Part shown: piece by piece, positions 12,927 through 28,807 of the stretch
Layout: each line of letters opens with the position of its first letter
Position numbering within the stretch: position 1 is the first letter of the stretch
Assembly (NCBI GenBank): GCA_964016885.1
Contig: OZ024742.1
Span: 157,914,001-157,978,000 of the forward strand
Direction of reading: 5' to 3'
Length of the DNA stretch: 64,000 bases
Origin: Eledone cirrhosa
Taxonomy: Eukaryota
Notes under the pieces: model-generated
The model's input: only the letters and a program-made list of their open reading frames with translations
What the model was told of the DNA's origin: nothing
The model's database searches: none
Made by a program: the position numbers and the translations under genes

Positions 12927-14532
12927 TATATGACTTGGGCTTTGGTGTTGGGGTAGAGCAGTGATATCAGGTCGACTCTCTTCTTGGGTATTCTATAAGC
13001 CTGTAAGATCTTCATCGGGCAGTGACGGTCCACAGAATCAAAGGCCTTCCTAAAGTCAATGAAAACCATGACCACAGGAAGGCACTTTGCTCTAGCTCCC
13101 TCTAATATCCTCCTCAGTAGCAGGATATGACTGGTGGTTGATCATCCCTCTCTGAAGCCGTTCTGGTTGTCCTGAGCTCTTCCCCATCTCAGGCTGGATC
13201 CTGTTAAGAATCATCCTGTTGAGGGTCTTTGCCACAAGTGACGTCAGTGAGAGAGATTTCCCTTCTTTCGCACTGGGACGATGTTACCGATCCTCCACTG
13301 ATTCGGGGCAACTCCTTTCTCCAGTACCTGGTTACAGAACCCCAGAATGATATCATCAAAATCACACCTCTTTATCACCTCTGATGCCACTCCATCTTCT
13401 CCGTGAGCCTTGCCCTCCTTGATCCTCTTCTTGGCTCTCTGAAGCTCCTCTCTGGTGAAGGGCTCTGTCTCAATATCCAGTACCTCAAACAGCCGCCTGA
13501 TCTCCACAGTGCTCTGGGCTGTGGAGGGTGGCTCTCCTAGTAGGGTCCTAAAATGGTCTAGCCATTTCCTCTTCCTATCTTCGGGCCCCGTTCGCTGGAT
13601 CTGTCGAACACCTTCTCTTCCTCCCTGTGATGTCGTTGATGATCATCCAGCTCTCCATACATCCAGATCTGTCCACCGCTCTCTCCACACTTCTGATCTT
13701 CTCTATCAGTGCTTCCTCTCTGGCCTCAGTGTAAGCGGTACAGAGTTCTTCCCTCATCACCTCCATATTCTCCTTTCTCTCCTCCGTAGGATCAGCATGG
13801 AATTGGTCCTTGGCAGCTTTCAGGTGTTCTCTGGCTACACCAGTGTCTCACTTGCTTCCGCCACTGCATTGGTGAAGTATGCGTACCGCCTCGTCACACG
13901 CTCCACAGTCCATCCAATCTCTCTCTCCTCTGTCTCCCCACACAGAGCACTGAATCTGTTCCTCACTTCCACTGTAAACCTCTCCTGTAGCTTATCATCT
14001 TCCTTGAAAGCTCGCCTGTCATAGATTGCTCTCCGGGGCTGAGCCTTGCTCTTTCTTAAGCTCACCCAGACCTCACTCATAACAAGCCGGTGGTCACCAG
14101 CCAGTGTACTGAAATAGTTGTATGCTGCTGTACGGGTCTAAGACTTGGACACTGACCAAGAAACTCACTCAGATGGTGGATGGGTGCTACACGAGAATGC
14201 TGATGATAGCTCTGAACATTAATCAGTATACACTGAGGATGAAAAACTCAGAGCTGTATGGGAGCCTCCCAAAAGTCAGCTCTAAAGTGACACATAGGAG
14301 ACTGAGGTTAGCTGGACATGCTCACCGACATCCAGAGTTGACATTGCACTCAGTGCTCCTGTGGGAGCCCCTACATGGACACACTAGCAGAGGAAGACCA
14401 AAGTTAACGTATGTTGATGCACTAAGGAGAGACACTGGTCTGTTGGAGATGCAGGACATGGCAACCATAATGAGGGACAGAGACCGCTGGAGAGAACTCG
14501 TCCATGGATCTCGGGAATGTTACCCGCCCTAG
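12925..14532. mobile_element. RTE LINE copy with 5' inversion (minus 12925-~14118, plus ~14120-14532)
   Basis: Minus part runs from the endonuclease end (DHRLVMSEV) to RT 'TKAQVI'; plus part runs LLYGS..W to the 3' end; same family as 3322-4872; microsatellite on both sides. Confidence 0.88.
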
Positions 14533-14571
14533 ATAGATAGATAGATAGTATATATATATTATAGTATATAT

Positions 14572-14614
<43 letters not shown>

Positions 14615-14619
<5 letters not shown>

Positions 14620-15148
14620 GGCAGAGTTAATAACTCATACTGATACCCTGTACTTAACAAGCTCAAAGTATAAATACTGAGCATTTCAATAATATATGTA
14701 GTAATAAACACAGTAAATCGTGCGTTTAAAATTACGTTGAAATACCACATTTGTTTGAGAAATTCAATCTGTATTCAGCTCCCTACTAGGTGAGCTTATA
14801 AGTTGGGTGTATTAGGCTATTGTTTCTAGCCAATCCACTCACGCCACTTTTGACTTCTAACACACGAGGTGAAATATTAATTCGCGTGGATTTGGCTGAG
14901 GTGTTTGTTTCAGTTAATCTATTCTCTCGCTGATGATCCCACGGATTATCTGTTACAAACACAATTCTCAGGGGGAAATAGATTAAAACCATAATCAGTC
15001 CGGGAGTTGTAATAGCTGATGAGGAGGTCTGTATATATTTTATGTTACCTTATATTGTGTATATTCCGTTCGCTTCACATTGATTTTCTCAAACAAATGT
15101 GGTATTTCAACTCTCGTAATTTTAAACGCACGATTTACTTTGTTTATT

Positions 15149-15155
<7 letters not shown>
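14615..15155. mobile_element. Short fold-back element in (TA)n
   Basis: ~14690-14768 is the reverse complement of ~15079-15155; the left arm has an extra tail; two CTGATGA motifs inside without a convincing full fold. Confidence 0.55.
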
Positions 15156-15194
<39 letters not shown>

Positions 15195-15377
15195 TATTAA
15201 TAATAATAAATTTGAAAACTAAGATCCAAAGAGGGCTCGATAAGGATAAATATATATCAAATATATAAACAACCGTAGAGCAAATATTTATTAAAATAAC
15301 AGATTAAAGTTTAAGCAAAGAATCGCTGCTTTCACCCTTATCGGGATCTTCTGAAGATGTGTGTGTGTGTATCTTTG

Positions 15378-17025
15378 TATAAAAATAACAAAATAAGAGG
15401 CTGAGGTTACATATATTGTTTAATCATTATAATTATTTCCACGGTTCTCCATGCAATCGAGATCTCCTTTATGCATTTGTTGTTGTTATAAGAACGGTAT
15501 CCTATTGCTTGTGTGCCCAACAGACATATGAGTTCCTTGAAGGGTATCCCAGCCGTCGTGTTTGCTAGAGAAAATGCCATCAACGAAAACACGAAAATAC
15601 TGTGTAGCCAAAGTCCAGCAGATAATGGAAGCAATAAATAGAGATCTGAGGGAGGGTGGGGTATATATTTTGTTGACATCTACTTTAAGACAACTACAAC
15701 AACAACAACAACGACAACCACGATGACGACAACAACAACAACTAAAATAACAGCAAAACACCGAGCAAAAGTCGTCCACACTGGCCGCATCAGTCGTAGT
15801 GATATTACTACCCTTCTGAAAACAACAACGATAGCAACTGCTACAGTAAACAGTTACAACAGCAAAAACAACATCAACAACGACAACAAAAGCAAAAAAC
15901 ACAGACCAGGGTCGTGTACATAGGCCGGAGTAGTCGTAGTGACGGTATCACCCCGCCGACAATAACAACGATAACAACTGCTACAGCAATAAAAGGAGCT
16001 CAGAGGTAGGTTGATACACAGATTCGGTGGCATCTATCACCGAGACTATAGCAGCAACAGCAATAGTAACGGTAACAAACATTAATACCGCCCATCACAT
16101 ACCCGGGTCGTATAGTAGTGGTGGTCTCATTGATATTAGTATCACGTCAATGGCAGTGAGTACCCATTACCTGAGAGCTAGACAGCGGTAACACCAACAA
16201 CAATAATAACAATAACAAGAGTGATGAGCCCACCACGGTGACGGTGGCAACAAAAAAAGTCCTCGCTTCCATCCAAAGGCACAAGGCCAGTAGTCAATAC
16301 ATTGCAGAAAAAAACAAACTAACCATAATAGCAGTCCGTTGAAACAAGGAAGTGAAAAGATGTCACAGTCTGACATCGGGTGTATAATCAAAAGAGTACT
16401 GTACAGAATCATACCAGCACTTAAAAGAAGATCATATTACAGCAATGGTCCAGAACGGGGGACGTGATCGAGTGGTTTAACGGCCTGCAGAAAAAAAGGT
16501 AGGACTAATTGTATACAGCTAAATATGTGTAACTATTATGCATCTCTCTCCTCTGTGGTGCTTAACAAGGCTCTTATGTTTGCACGCAACCATACGGATT
16601 TAACCCGAGATGAAATTAACATCATTCTTACTGCCAGGAAGACATGATAGGTTTCGACGATGAGCTGTGGACTGAGAGAGAGTGGTTTTTTCGTTGATAG
16701 CATTTTCTCCAGCAAACACGACGGCTGGGAGACTCTTCAATGAATTCATATAGCAATAGGACGTGTGTTTTTTCCTGCCGGTGGCATATCAAACATATCG
16801 GTTATTGTCTGAGGATACCGTTCTCATAACAACAACAAATGCATGAAGGAGATCTCGATTGCATGGAGAACCGTGGAAATAATTATAATGATTAAACGAT
16901 TATATGTAACCTCAGTATCGTATTTTGTTATGTTTATAAAAATCTCCATCGTAACTGAAAACTACGATTGTTGAGAGCTTTCTCCTGCTTACTCCTGTTT
17001 TTACCAAAACAATCTCTTCTGAACA
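15378..17025. mobile_element. Fold-back PLE remnant with Hydra-type RT fragment
   Basis: Arms ~15378-15590 and ~16687-16940; plus-strand 16350-16675 gives SDIGCIIKRVL...LQQWSRTGDVIEWF...YYASL..VVLNKALMFA..HTDLTRDEINIILTARKT, similar to 56791-57057. Confidence 0.65.
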
Positions 17026-17034
17026 TATATATAT

Positions 17035-18150
17035 AGAAATTTCGTATTTCTAAAGAAATATAGTGTTAGGAAGCCATAGCTATGCAAACACCGGAGGGGG
17101 GGGGGGGCTACGCCCTCTGGTGTTGTCCATATATATATATACACATATATATTTATAGATAGATAAATATATATATATATAAGGGAATGGTACCCTGCGG
17201 TCATGTGATTTGCACTGAGGAGGACTAGCGAGGGTTGTTATTTCGATTCACGCCCAGGTGTGGATCGAAATCATAACCCTCAACTTTCTAATGTTACACA
17301 ACAATTGTTTTCCAGTGGATCACTAAGCGGTTGCGCCTATGGGGCTACGAATGGTTTTATACAAATGAAATGTTCGTAGAAAACATTTTTACATTAAACT
17401 AGACCACCCGGGACCCATTGGGTCACGTTCACTTCAAAATATTTGTTTTAAATCATGTTCACTTCAAAATAATGTTTAAATAATTATAACATACACACAG
17501 ACATGTATATAATGTGAAATGAAACTGGAAGGCCCATATATATACGTGTGTGTACGTATATATATAAGTGTGTGTGTGTGTACATATATATATATAGAGA
17601 GAGAAAAGAAATAGGATTTCGCTTCAAGCATAGCTTTATTCAAGTATGTATGTAAATTTCGTATTTCTAAAGAAATACGGTTTTAGGAAGCAAACACCGG
17701 GGTTAACGCCTTCTGGTGGTGTCCAGCAGAAGCAAGGGGACAACTATCTATGCATTTCAGGCTTCACTGGCCTTCGTTAGGGCGGTCCCTCCCACCGCTT
17801 GCAACTGCTGGACTAGAAAACAGTCGTGAATATATAGTTTTCTCGTCTGTATGAATGAGGTGATCAATCTCATTTGCATATGAAGCTGCATAAGTTGGCT
17901 CAACTTATAATTGAAAAGAAATAGGATTTACCTTCAAGTATAGCTTTATACAAATATGTATAGAAATTTCGTATTTCTAAAGAAACACGGTTTTAGGAAG
18001 CCGTAGTTATGCAAACACTGGGGTGGTGTCCAGGGGTGGTGTCCAGCAGAAGAAAGAGGGACAACCATCTATGCATATCAGCTTGACTGGCCTTCGTCAG
18101 GACGGTCCCTCCTACAGCTTGCAACTGCTGGACTTGAAAACAGTCGAAAA
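17035..18150 (-). mobile_element. Three copies of a ~230-bp HHR-bearing repeat
   Basis: Copies at ~17035-17130 (partial), 17605-17835 and 17915-18150; HHR-like folds at 17743-17786 and 18064-18106 on the minus strand. Confidence 0.65.
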
Positions 18151-18356
18151 TATATATATATATATATATGTGTGTGTGTCTGTGTGTGTGTGTGGGGTGG
18201 GGGGTGGGGGGTGTCTAAGTAGGTGTCTTTGATCTATATACACTGGTCATACACACACATATGCACACACATATATATATATATACACAACACCACCAGC
18301 TCTCTCTTCCATTCTCCTTTTCTATCACCTTCACCCCCCCCCCCCCCCCCCCATCT

Positions 18357-18423
<67 letters not shown>

Positions 18424-18771
18424 TTATTTATGAAGGTATCCGGAAAAACCACATATCTCGGCAACACGTGCTCCGATTTACGCGAAACTTATTTTATTCC
18501 AATTGTATTCCCATTTCAGGGTCAACTTCCTTTCAAAGTATTTCCCATTATGCGCCCTTTTGGCTGTATTACATTACAGACAAGCAAGCAAGCAAACAAT
18601 CACAGAATTTATCTAGTATATAGAAAATTGTTTCTACGTTTGGGACAAAGCCAGCAATTATCCCAATGCATTACATGTACTTTATTTTATCGTAAGGGTC
18701 AAAGGTAAATTTAACTTCGGCTGGATTTGAACTCAGACCGTAACCAATGCTGCAATTTTTATATTAAATAA

Positions 18772-19710
18772 CTAGCTGAATTACCCGGCGTTGCCCGGGT
18801 TACTGCTGTTCTTATTCAGATTAGTAAACAATAAATATGAAGATAAATCTTTCTCATAATTATTTCAAAATATCTATATTTTATTTTATTTAATATCCAA
18901 ATTTTTATCATAATAGAATTTTGAAATGAAAATCTTGAAATACCTTAGTGTAGACAATATTTAATATAATTTTTTGTTGGTGTCCAAATGAATAAATTGT
19001 TGCTGCTTCCAACTCGTGAGAAACCAGCATAGAGTTGACCACGGGAAAAACATGTAGAGATATCAAGTCGAACTACCTTAAGGAATTGACCCGGAGATTT
19101 GTAATTGAACAAAACTTATAAAAAACACACACACAGACATACATTCATACAAACACACACAGTTTCACCCATGAACATACATACACATACACACATACAC
19201 TCACACAAATTATAAAAACACATATAGACATAAATCCATACAAACACACGCAGCCCCACCCTCAGCGTTTAAGTGAGAAATGTATGTATACTGTCACACA
19301 CGTACACTCTCACATACTTTCACACACATATACCTGTCAGTCAACACATGTGTAGATGTGTATGTGTGTTTAATTCTCAGTGAATCTGATTAAATATTTA
19401 CGCGAAGATGTATGTATATGTAACTTACTAAGGCCTAACGTACGTAACTAACGTGTACACGCACACACACTCACAAACACATACATATTCCTACAAAATG
19501 TGACGTCGTCGTCGTAGTGTTATAAAATTTCCGTTTATTATAGTTGACTTGTAAAAGATGGTTCTAGATAAAATGTTATATCGTTTTAATCCAAATCAAA
19601 ATAAAAATTACATATCCTAGGCTCTAATACCTTGTAAAATTTGATTTGGTCAAGCCATTTGAGAATGCATACGGAAAAGACAGACAGAGAGACAGCATTT
19701 TATATAGAGA
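18772..19710 (-). mobile_element. Non-autonomous Helitron retaining a PIF1-helicase C-terminal remnant
   Basis: 3' CTAG at 18772 with hairpin acccggcgttgcccgggt; ~18980-19102 minus gives KSPGQFLKVVRLDISTCFSRGQLYAGFSRVGS (PIF1 motifs V/VI, KSQGQ...HGQLYVA.SR). Confidence 0.8.
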
Positions 19711-19825
19711 GAGTTGACGCTTACACTCTACTAATTTAATTTGAGTACCTTTTCATAACTGTGGTTGCACCACTTAACATTACTCGGGATCTACACACAC
19801 TCACACACACACAAACACACACACA

Positions 19826-19857
<32 letters not shown>

Positions 19858-20778
19858 GCCACATACACACACACTCATATATATATAAACGGAAAATTTC
19901 CCAAAACGATTACCACACAATTCCAATGATATGCTATAAGATTCTTTTACATGCGTACCTAAATAATAGGAAAATTGTATGAGAATCAATTTGAAATCAT
20001 AAGTGTCAGTTAGTACGTATAAAGCAAGAGTGTGATCAGAACGACGATAAAAAATGTTTATCTCCCATTCAACAAGATAGACAAGATGTGTTTCCATAAT
20101 TACTTACTATAGCCATTAAATCTTGAGTGGTTGCTTTTTAGCAATTTTCTTTGTTTTTGTTATTGATTCATATCTTAGACTTTGGAAATTACTAATGCAA
20201 TCATATTTATTTTTCATTGTAAAACATAGTATTTTCCTCACGACAAGTGTTTCTATTAGAAATGTTAAGTCGAAGTAGTCGACTATACTGTGATTTTGTT
20301 CATATTAGCCATGTAAATATTTGTTCACGGGTTGATTTAAACACATTTCCCATGTGTTAGTATATGGATAGAAACATACAACAACTCCCTAATCCACAGT
20401 TTTTAATACGAAGTTTCTAATTGTCTATAAAATTTTCTAATATTTATATATTATATTACAGGCGATAAAGTGTAAGGTTGCTAATGCAACAGGCATGTGT
20501 ATGTATATACGGGTGTGTTTGTGTTTGGCAGTCTATGTACATGTATATATTCGTTATTGAATCGCTAGTCTGAAAAGCTGATAGAAAATGGAGTCGAGTA
20601 TATAACCTATATGGGTGACATTCAGCCAATCCTCTGCGAAACGCGCGTAACAATAAGATGCACAAAATAACTTTTCTTAATATGTAGATTCTGCTTGAAC
20701 ATCCGGTGCCTGAGTGAAATGGAGTAACGTGACTGTGCATCCCATGGTCTACCAACTATAGGCCTTCACTACATATAA

Positions 20779-21736
<958 letters not shown>

Positions 21737-21821
21737 ATATATTATATATATATATTATATATATATATATATTATATATATATATTATATATATATATTA
21801 TATATATATATATATTATATA

Positions 21822-21908
<87 letters not shown>

Positions 21909-22128
21909 ATAAGCAACATAAGACAATTATTCAATTTACCCAAGATTTCACGAAGATTTCACGCTCGTCAGGATGAAAATTTTATATGGATGTAAGATAT
22001 GAATTTAAAAACAAAGGCTAATACAATTGAAAGCGAGGCTGATATATAATAAAATAATGATAAGAAATAAAATAAAATAAGGGGGACAATATACACACTG
22101 AAGTAGAACGTAAAGGTTATGCGGAAAA

Positions 22129-22224
<96 letters not shown>

Positions 22225-22225
<1 letters not shown>

Positions 22226-22878
22226 AAGGCATGTATTGAGTTAGAAACAGTAAATTAGCTCTAGGAAAGAGGTTTTTCCGAGCCGTATAGTATATCTGAA
22301 CAAAAAAGAAACACGAACAGAGACATATACATATATGTGTTCAAATTGACCAGATTCGTTAAGGTGAAAGAATACTAACTACAGACAATAGGGTTTGCTA
22401 GACTCAATTTAAGAATAAATCAAGAAAAATAAATACAAACCAGAATTGTGGTACTACCCTTCACCCGGACAGTTTTGATAATACTGTTTCGAGTAAACCC
22501 GGCTGTTATTTTTAGTGCGTGAAACTGCGAGACACGCTAAGTTCTGGAACCATGTGCGTTACATATACGCACACTATCCATTTTTTATTATATTTAGAAG
22601 TGACCAGGATACTAATAATCCTTCACCCGCTGATGAGCTACGATTTTGGTATTCCTCTTCACAAATAATATTGCGAAACAGTATTATCAAAAGTGTCCGG
22701 GTGATCAGTAGTTACCACAATTCTAGATTGTATTTATTTTTCTTGATTTATTCTTAAATTGAGTCTAGCGAACCCTATTGTCTGTAGTTATTATTCTTTT
22801 CACCTTAGCGAATCTGGTCCATAACGATTTGAACACATATATGTATATTTCAGTGTTCGTTTTTCTTTTGTGTTCAGT
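22225..22878 (+). mobile_element. Fold-back element with hammerhead, in (TA)n
   Basis: Arms ~22296-22491 and ~22674-22877; extra tail on the left arm. Confidence 0.8.
22623..22704 (+). ncRNA. Type I hammerhead ribozyme
   Basis: 7-bp stem I tcacccg/cgggtga, CTGATGA at 22630, GAAAC at 22675, 3-bp stem III, GUC triplet at 22695-22697. Confidence 0.85.
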
Positions 22879-22892
22879 TATATATATATATA

Positions 22893-23548
<656 letters not shown>

Positions 23549-24260
23549 ATACATATATATATTTATATATATTTATATATATATATATATATACATGCAT
23601 ATATATATACACCTACCCACATACATCTATACATATACTCACACACATACATGCACATAAACATAGGTACATACACACACATACATAAATACACACATAC
23701 ATACACACATACACATATACATATATATACATACATATATATATATACATATATATATATATATGAAAGTATAGTATATTTGATAATATACTGTATGTGT
23801 ATTTAAAAACGTTTTGAAGACCATTCGCTATGAGTATTAAAGTAGCGAATGTTCTTTAAAATATATTTAAATAAGCATACCGTATATTAACAAATATACT
23901 ATACATACATTCATACATACATTGTTATTTCAGAGCACTGATACTAGTTTCTAATGTGTGCTGGACCGGCAACTGCTCGGCTTACTCAGCTCTTAAACAT
24001 TACCGGAATTCTATAAGAATCCAGCTTCAATAAGTCTCGGCAGAATCGAGGGGATGAGCAATCTTGATAACCGTTAACAAACGAGAAACAGCTGTCGGCT
24101 GCTTCCCTTTATTTTTGCCGAGACAAAGTAACTGACATAGTCAATACTTTAAAACCCATAGCCAATGGTCTTCAACATATTTTTAAATAAACATACAGTA
24201 TATTATCAAATATACTATACATTCATTCATACAAACATCGCAATTTCAAAGCTAATACTA

Positions 24261-24324
<64 letters not shown>

Positions 24325-24328
<4 letters not shown>

Positions 24329-27300
24329 AGTGTAATTTTCTACACAAAACGAAGGTTATAGAGAAAATTGAGGTTGGTAATGGCACATGGAATATATAAG
24401 AGACAGAATACTTTTTTGTGAAAAAACATAATTTTATAAGGTAAGGAAATAATAAAGGGTATAAAAAATGACCGGTTTCGATGGGTCTGCAAAAGCCATC
24501 TTTTCAAATGTTGATTAATATTAAGAAAAATTAATAATACGAAGAGTTAAAATTTGAGACTTGAAAATTCAAGTATAAAATTCATTGTGGGATTTCATAG
24601 CAGTTTTCATCTAGGTAGCAACAACAGGTTGACTGCTGTGTCCCTTTCTGGTAATGAATGAGAAGTTATTTGGGGTGTGGGTTATTTTATAAAGGTCAGA
24701 TTTAGCAATCGCCAGCTGCTGGTCAGTGAGGGGGTGGAAGCAATATACACACACATATCTTCCTGTGATGGGTAGGAGAGTGGAGCGTGATAGAAAAGGA
24801 TTTAGTGCACTTACACCTATATATACACACATACCTTCATCCACACATACATACATATACATATACATGTACTCAACAGGATAAACATGGAAATAGAACT
24901 CCTAAAATTAAGGGCCACCTCAAACGAGCAAGAGTATAAGGATACTGATAAAAATATGGAGGAAGAATGCACTAAAAAGGCCGAGGGAACAACCCTACAA
25001 AATTTAATCAAATCGTGGAAACAGGACTGCGAGAATGCAGAAACTATTTCCCTTAAACGGTGGGAAAAATCCGAAAACTGGTTCCTCAAATATGAAGAAG
25101 ACTTTAAAAGGACGCACCAAACAGGTAACCCCTTTATAAAGCATTTGAACATAACAAGAACTACAACAGACACATTTACACCACCAAACCCAACACACAC
25201 TAACCACAGGCACATCCCCCACCAACACAAACCAAATACGGCCAACTACACCAAAAGAAACACACCCAACCACCACAACACAGGTTTCCGTAGAAATGCC
25301 CCCTACATAAACCAACGACGAAATAACATAGATCCAACTCACAACACACACACCACATTCCTCAGAAGAAATCCACCCAGGCCACTTGAAATCACAACAG
25401 AACTTACCCACAACCACACCAGACATCACCCTCAATCCAACAAAAGACAACACCCCAGCCTCAACACTCTGTACCACAGAAATAACGCACCCAGACCACA
25501 TGAACCAACAACAGAACCCTTGCTCATCAACAACCACGACACATACCACCCCCACCATCACATTCACCCTCATGAAACAACAAGCTACAGACCCACACGC
25601 AACAGACCAACAAAATATAATCACACACAAAACTACATTCCTTTTTTAGGGAAAAGCCTGAAATACCAGGATACTCGATGGCCCCCCCCTCAGGAGAAAC
25701 CAAAAATAATCAACCTCTCAAAGACACCTCTAACCAACACACAAATCAACATTTTAAGTAAGGGCCTGAAATTTACACCTACACCACGTAAACCAAACTT
25801 CCCCGAAATGAAGGATGACATCATGGAATACTGCCGAAAGCTGCGACTAACGGAATTCTTCCACAACGACACCAACACTGAAGACGAATCACTGGTTAGA
25901 AATAAAAGCAATTTCTGCCCACAAAAGGGAAGAAATAAAGCACTGGACACGTACTGCGAACACATCATCAACTTTCCCTATGAAAAAATTACAAATAAAC
26001 ACACGAAATCAAACCTATCTACACACGAATGGGAAGAATTATTCACACTTAGAAACAACCCTGAGATAACTATAAAAGAAGCCGATAAAGGCAGTACTGT
26101 TGTGATTATGAATACGGACTACTATAGGACCCTCGCACTTAACATTTTAGAAAACAACACATACTATGAAAAAACAGAAAACTACAAACACACCAAAACA
26201 ATGGGGAACCTTTTGACCTTACTGAATAAATACCGCAACAGCTTAACCACAAAAGAGTTTAACTATATAAGCCACTTCAAATGCAATACAAGCTCTTTTT
26301 ACGGCTTACCGAAACTTCACAAATGTAAACCCATAAACGATGCATGTGACACCTCAACCAACAATTACATTGAACTAACACCACCAGAAGACCTAAAACT
26401 CAGGCCAATTATAGCAGGCCCTACATGTGAAACCCACAGACTTAGCAACTTTCTGGACATCCTACTGAAACCCTTTCTACAACATATACAGAGCTACATA
26501 CGAGATGACCTTGACATGCTGAAACACCTCCCTAAAACAGTAAGTGCAAATACAATTCTTGTCTCCTTTGACGTAATAAACCTCTACACAAACATACCTC
26601 ACAACTATGGAATAACAGCAGTCCAATACTGGCTTAACACACACCCATCAGAAATACCGACACGCATCAACACAGATTTTATCACTGACGGACTCCGCTT
26701 TATCCTACAAAATAACTACTTCACATTCAATGGTTCAACATACAGACAAGTATCAGGTACGGCAATGGGCACGAAAGTAGCACCCACATATGCCAACCTA
26801 GTCATGGGATTCCATGAACAACAAATATACAGTCAGTCCCTTCTCTTATTTGGAGACTCTTTCCACACACACCTCAAAGCCAATTGGAAAAGATATCTAG
26901 ACGACTGCTTTATCCTATGGCAAGAAGACATGAACTCACTTACTACGTTTAAAAACATGATAAACAACATAGATAATAACATACAATTCACAATGGAATC
27001 CAATCCTAAGGAATTAGCCTTCTTGGATATTCTCATCTCTGTAATAGACGGGAAATTAGATACAGATATATTCTATAAACCCACAGATTCCAAGCAATAC
27101 CTCTTTTTCACATCAAGTCACCCAAAACATACAAAACTTAACATTCCTTACAATTTGGCCAAACGTATATGTACCATAGTATCAGATCCACCTAAACGGG
27201 AGCAAAGACTAAAGGAACTAAAAGACACCCTTATCTTAAGAGCCTTTCCACTTGAAATAATCAACAATGGAATAGACAGGGCAAAACACCTAAATCCCCA

Positions 27301-28531
27301 TCAACTTAACAATCCAAAACAGAAAACCACACTCAACACCCTGCCATATGTATCCACTTTCAACCCCAGAAATACCGAAATGTTTGATCACCTACACAAA
27401 AACCTCCCCATCCTACTTAAAGATGTAAAAATGAAGTCTATTCTTGAAACACACAAGATCCTTAAAAGTAAAAGACAACCCAAATCACTTAAACGCATTC
27501 TCACTGGACCAAATATACCCAAACCAATCCTCAACCCTACAGTTACCAAATGTGGTAGAACAAACTGTGGAACGTGCCTCTACCTCACTGAAGGACAAAC
27601 ATTTACATTCAAAGATGGCCAAACATTTACAGTAAAAAACAATTTCACCTGCAACTCGGAGAACTTGATTTACGCAATAACTTGCGGTGGGTGCAAACAC
27701 AACTACATAGGACAGACGGGCACCTCATTACGCAAAAGAATGACCATCCACCGCCAACAAATCCGGGACGCTAACACAAGAAAAATCCCCTTGAGCAGCC
27801 ATATTGCGAACTGCGCAGGAATGACACTACCCAACTTTAAAATCTTCCCCTTCTACAAGTGCTCAGATTCGTTCACACAACAACAAAGAATAAACAAAGA
27901 AAATCTATTCCTTAACAAATTTAAACCAAAACTAAACGGGTTATCACCCCAATAGAATTGTCATAAAATATAAACACACATACGCACGGAATCACTACTA
28001 TTAAAGACCAGAGACCAATTCTGTAGAATCAGGTTTATTCATTGACAGACCATGCCTTTGTGTGACCAACACATCCATGTTAAACCCTGCACGTGCACAC
28101 ACATATATCTATATATATATGCGCACACAGAATTCACCACTGTCGGTTGCGGGGCCCAATCTACATGAAGAACTCAATGTGATCAGAATGACTTGTATTT
28201 TAATTTCACTGCCCCAACTTCTTATATTATGGAAAAAATATATGTGTCTGTATGTATATATATATATATATATATATTTGAAGGCCATTTCTCTGTGTGT
28301 GGGTGTATGTATGTGTGTGTGTGTGTGTGTGAGTATGTGTGTGCATGTGGATGTATGTATTGTGTGTGCGTGTGTGTGTGTGTGTGTATGTATGTATGTG
28401 GGTATCTGGATGTATGCGTATGTGTATATATATATATATATGCGTGTGTGTGTGTGTGTGTGTATATATATGTGTGTGTATGTTTGTATGTGTGTATGTA
28501 TATATATATGTGTGTGTGTATGTATGTGTGG

Positions 28532-28615
<84 letters not shown>

Positions 28616-28654
28616 ATGTATGTGTGTATCTGGATGTATGTGTATGTATATATA

Positions 28655-28685
<31 letters not shown>

Positions 28686-28766
28686 GTGTGTGTGTGTATG
28701 TGTATATATATGTGTGTGTGTGTGTATGTGTGTATGTATATGTATGTGTGTGTGTATGTATGTGTG

Positions 28767-28807
<41 letters not shown>

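Noticed and set aside
13455-14024. Antisense ORFs over LINE/PLE coding regions (also 25004-25630, 60641-61153)
   Set aside because: Shadows of the real frames on the opposite strand
14925-15070. Two CTGATGA motifs in a fold-back element
   Set aside because: No stem I partner for the first and no GAAA for the second
17190-17346. tRNA-like head on the minus strand
   Set aside because: No cloverleaf; at best a decayed SINE, single copy here
17398-17435. CTAG plus hairpin resembling a Helitron 3' end
   Set aside because: No matching 5' end or internal sequence identified
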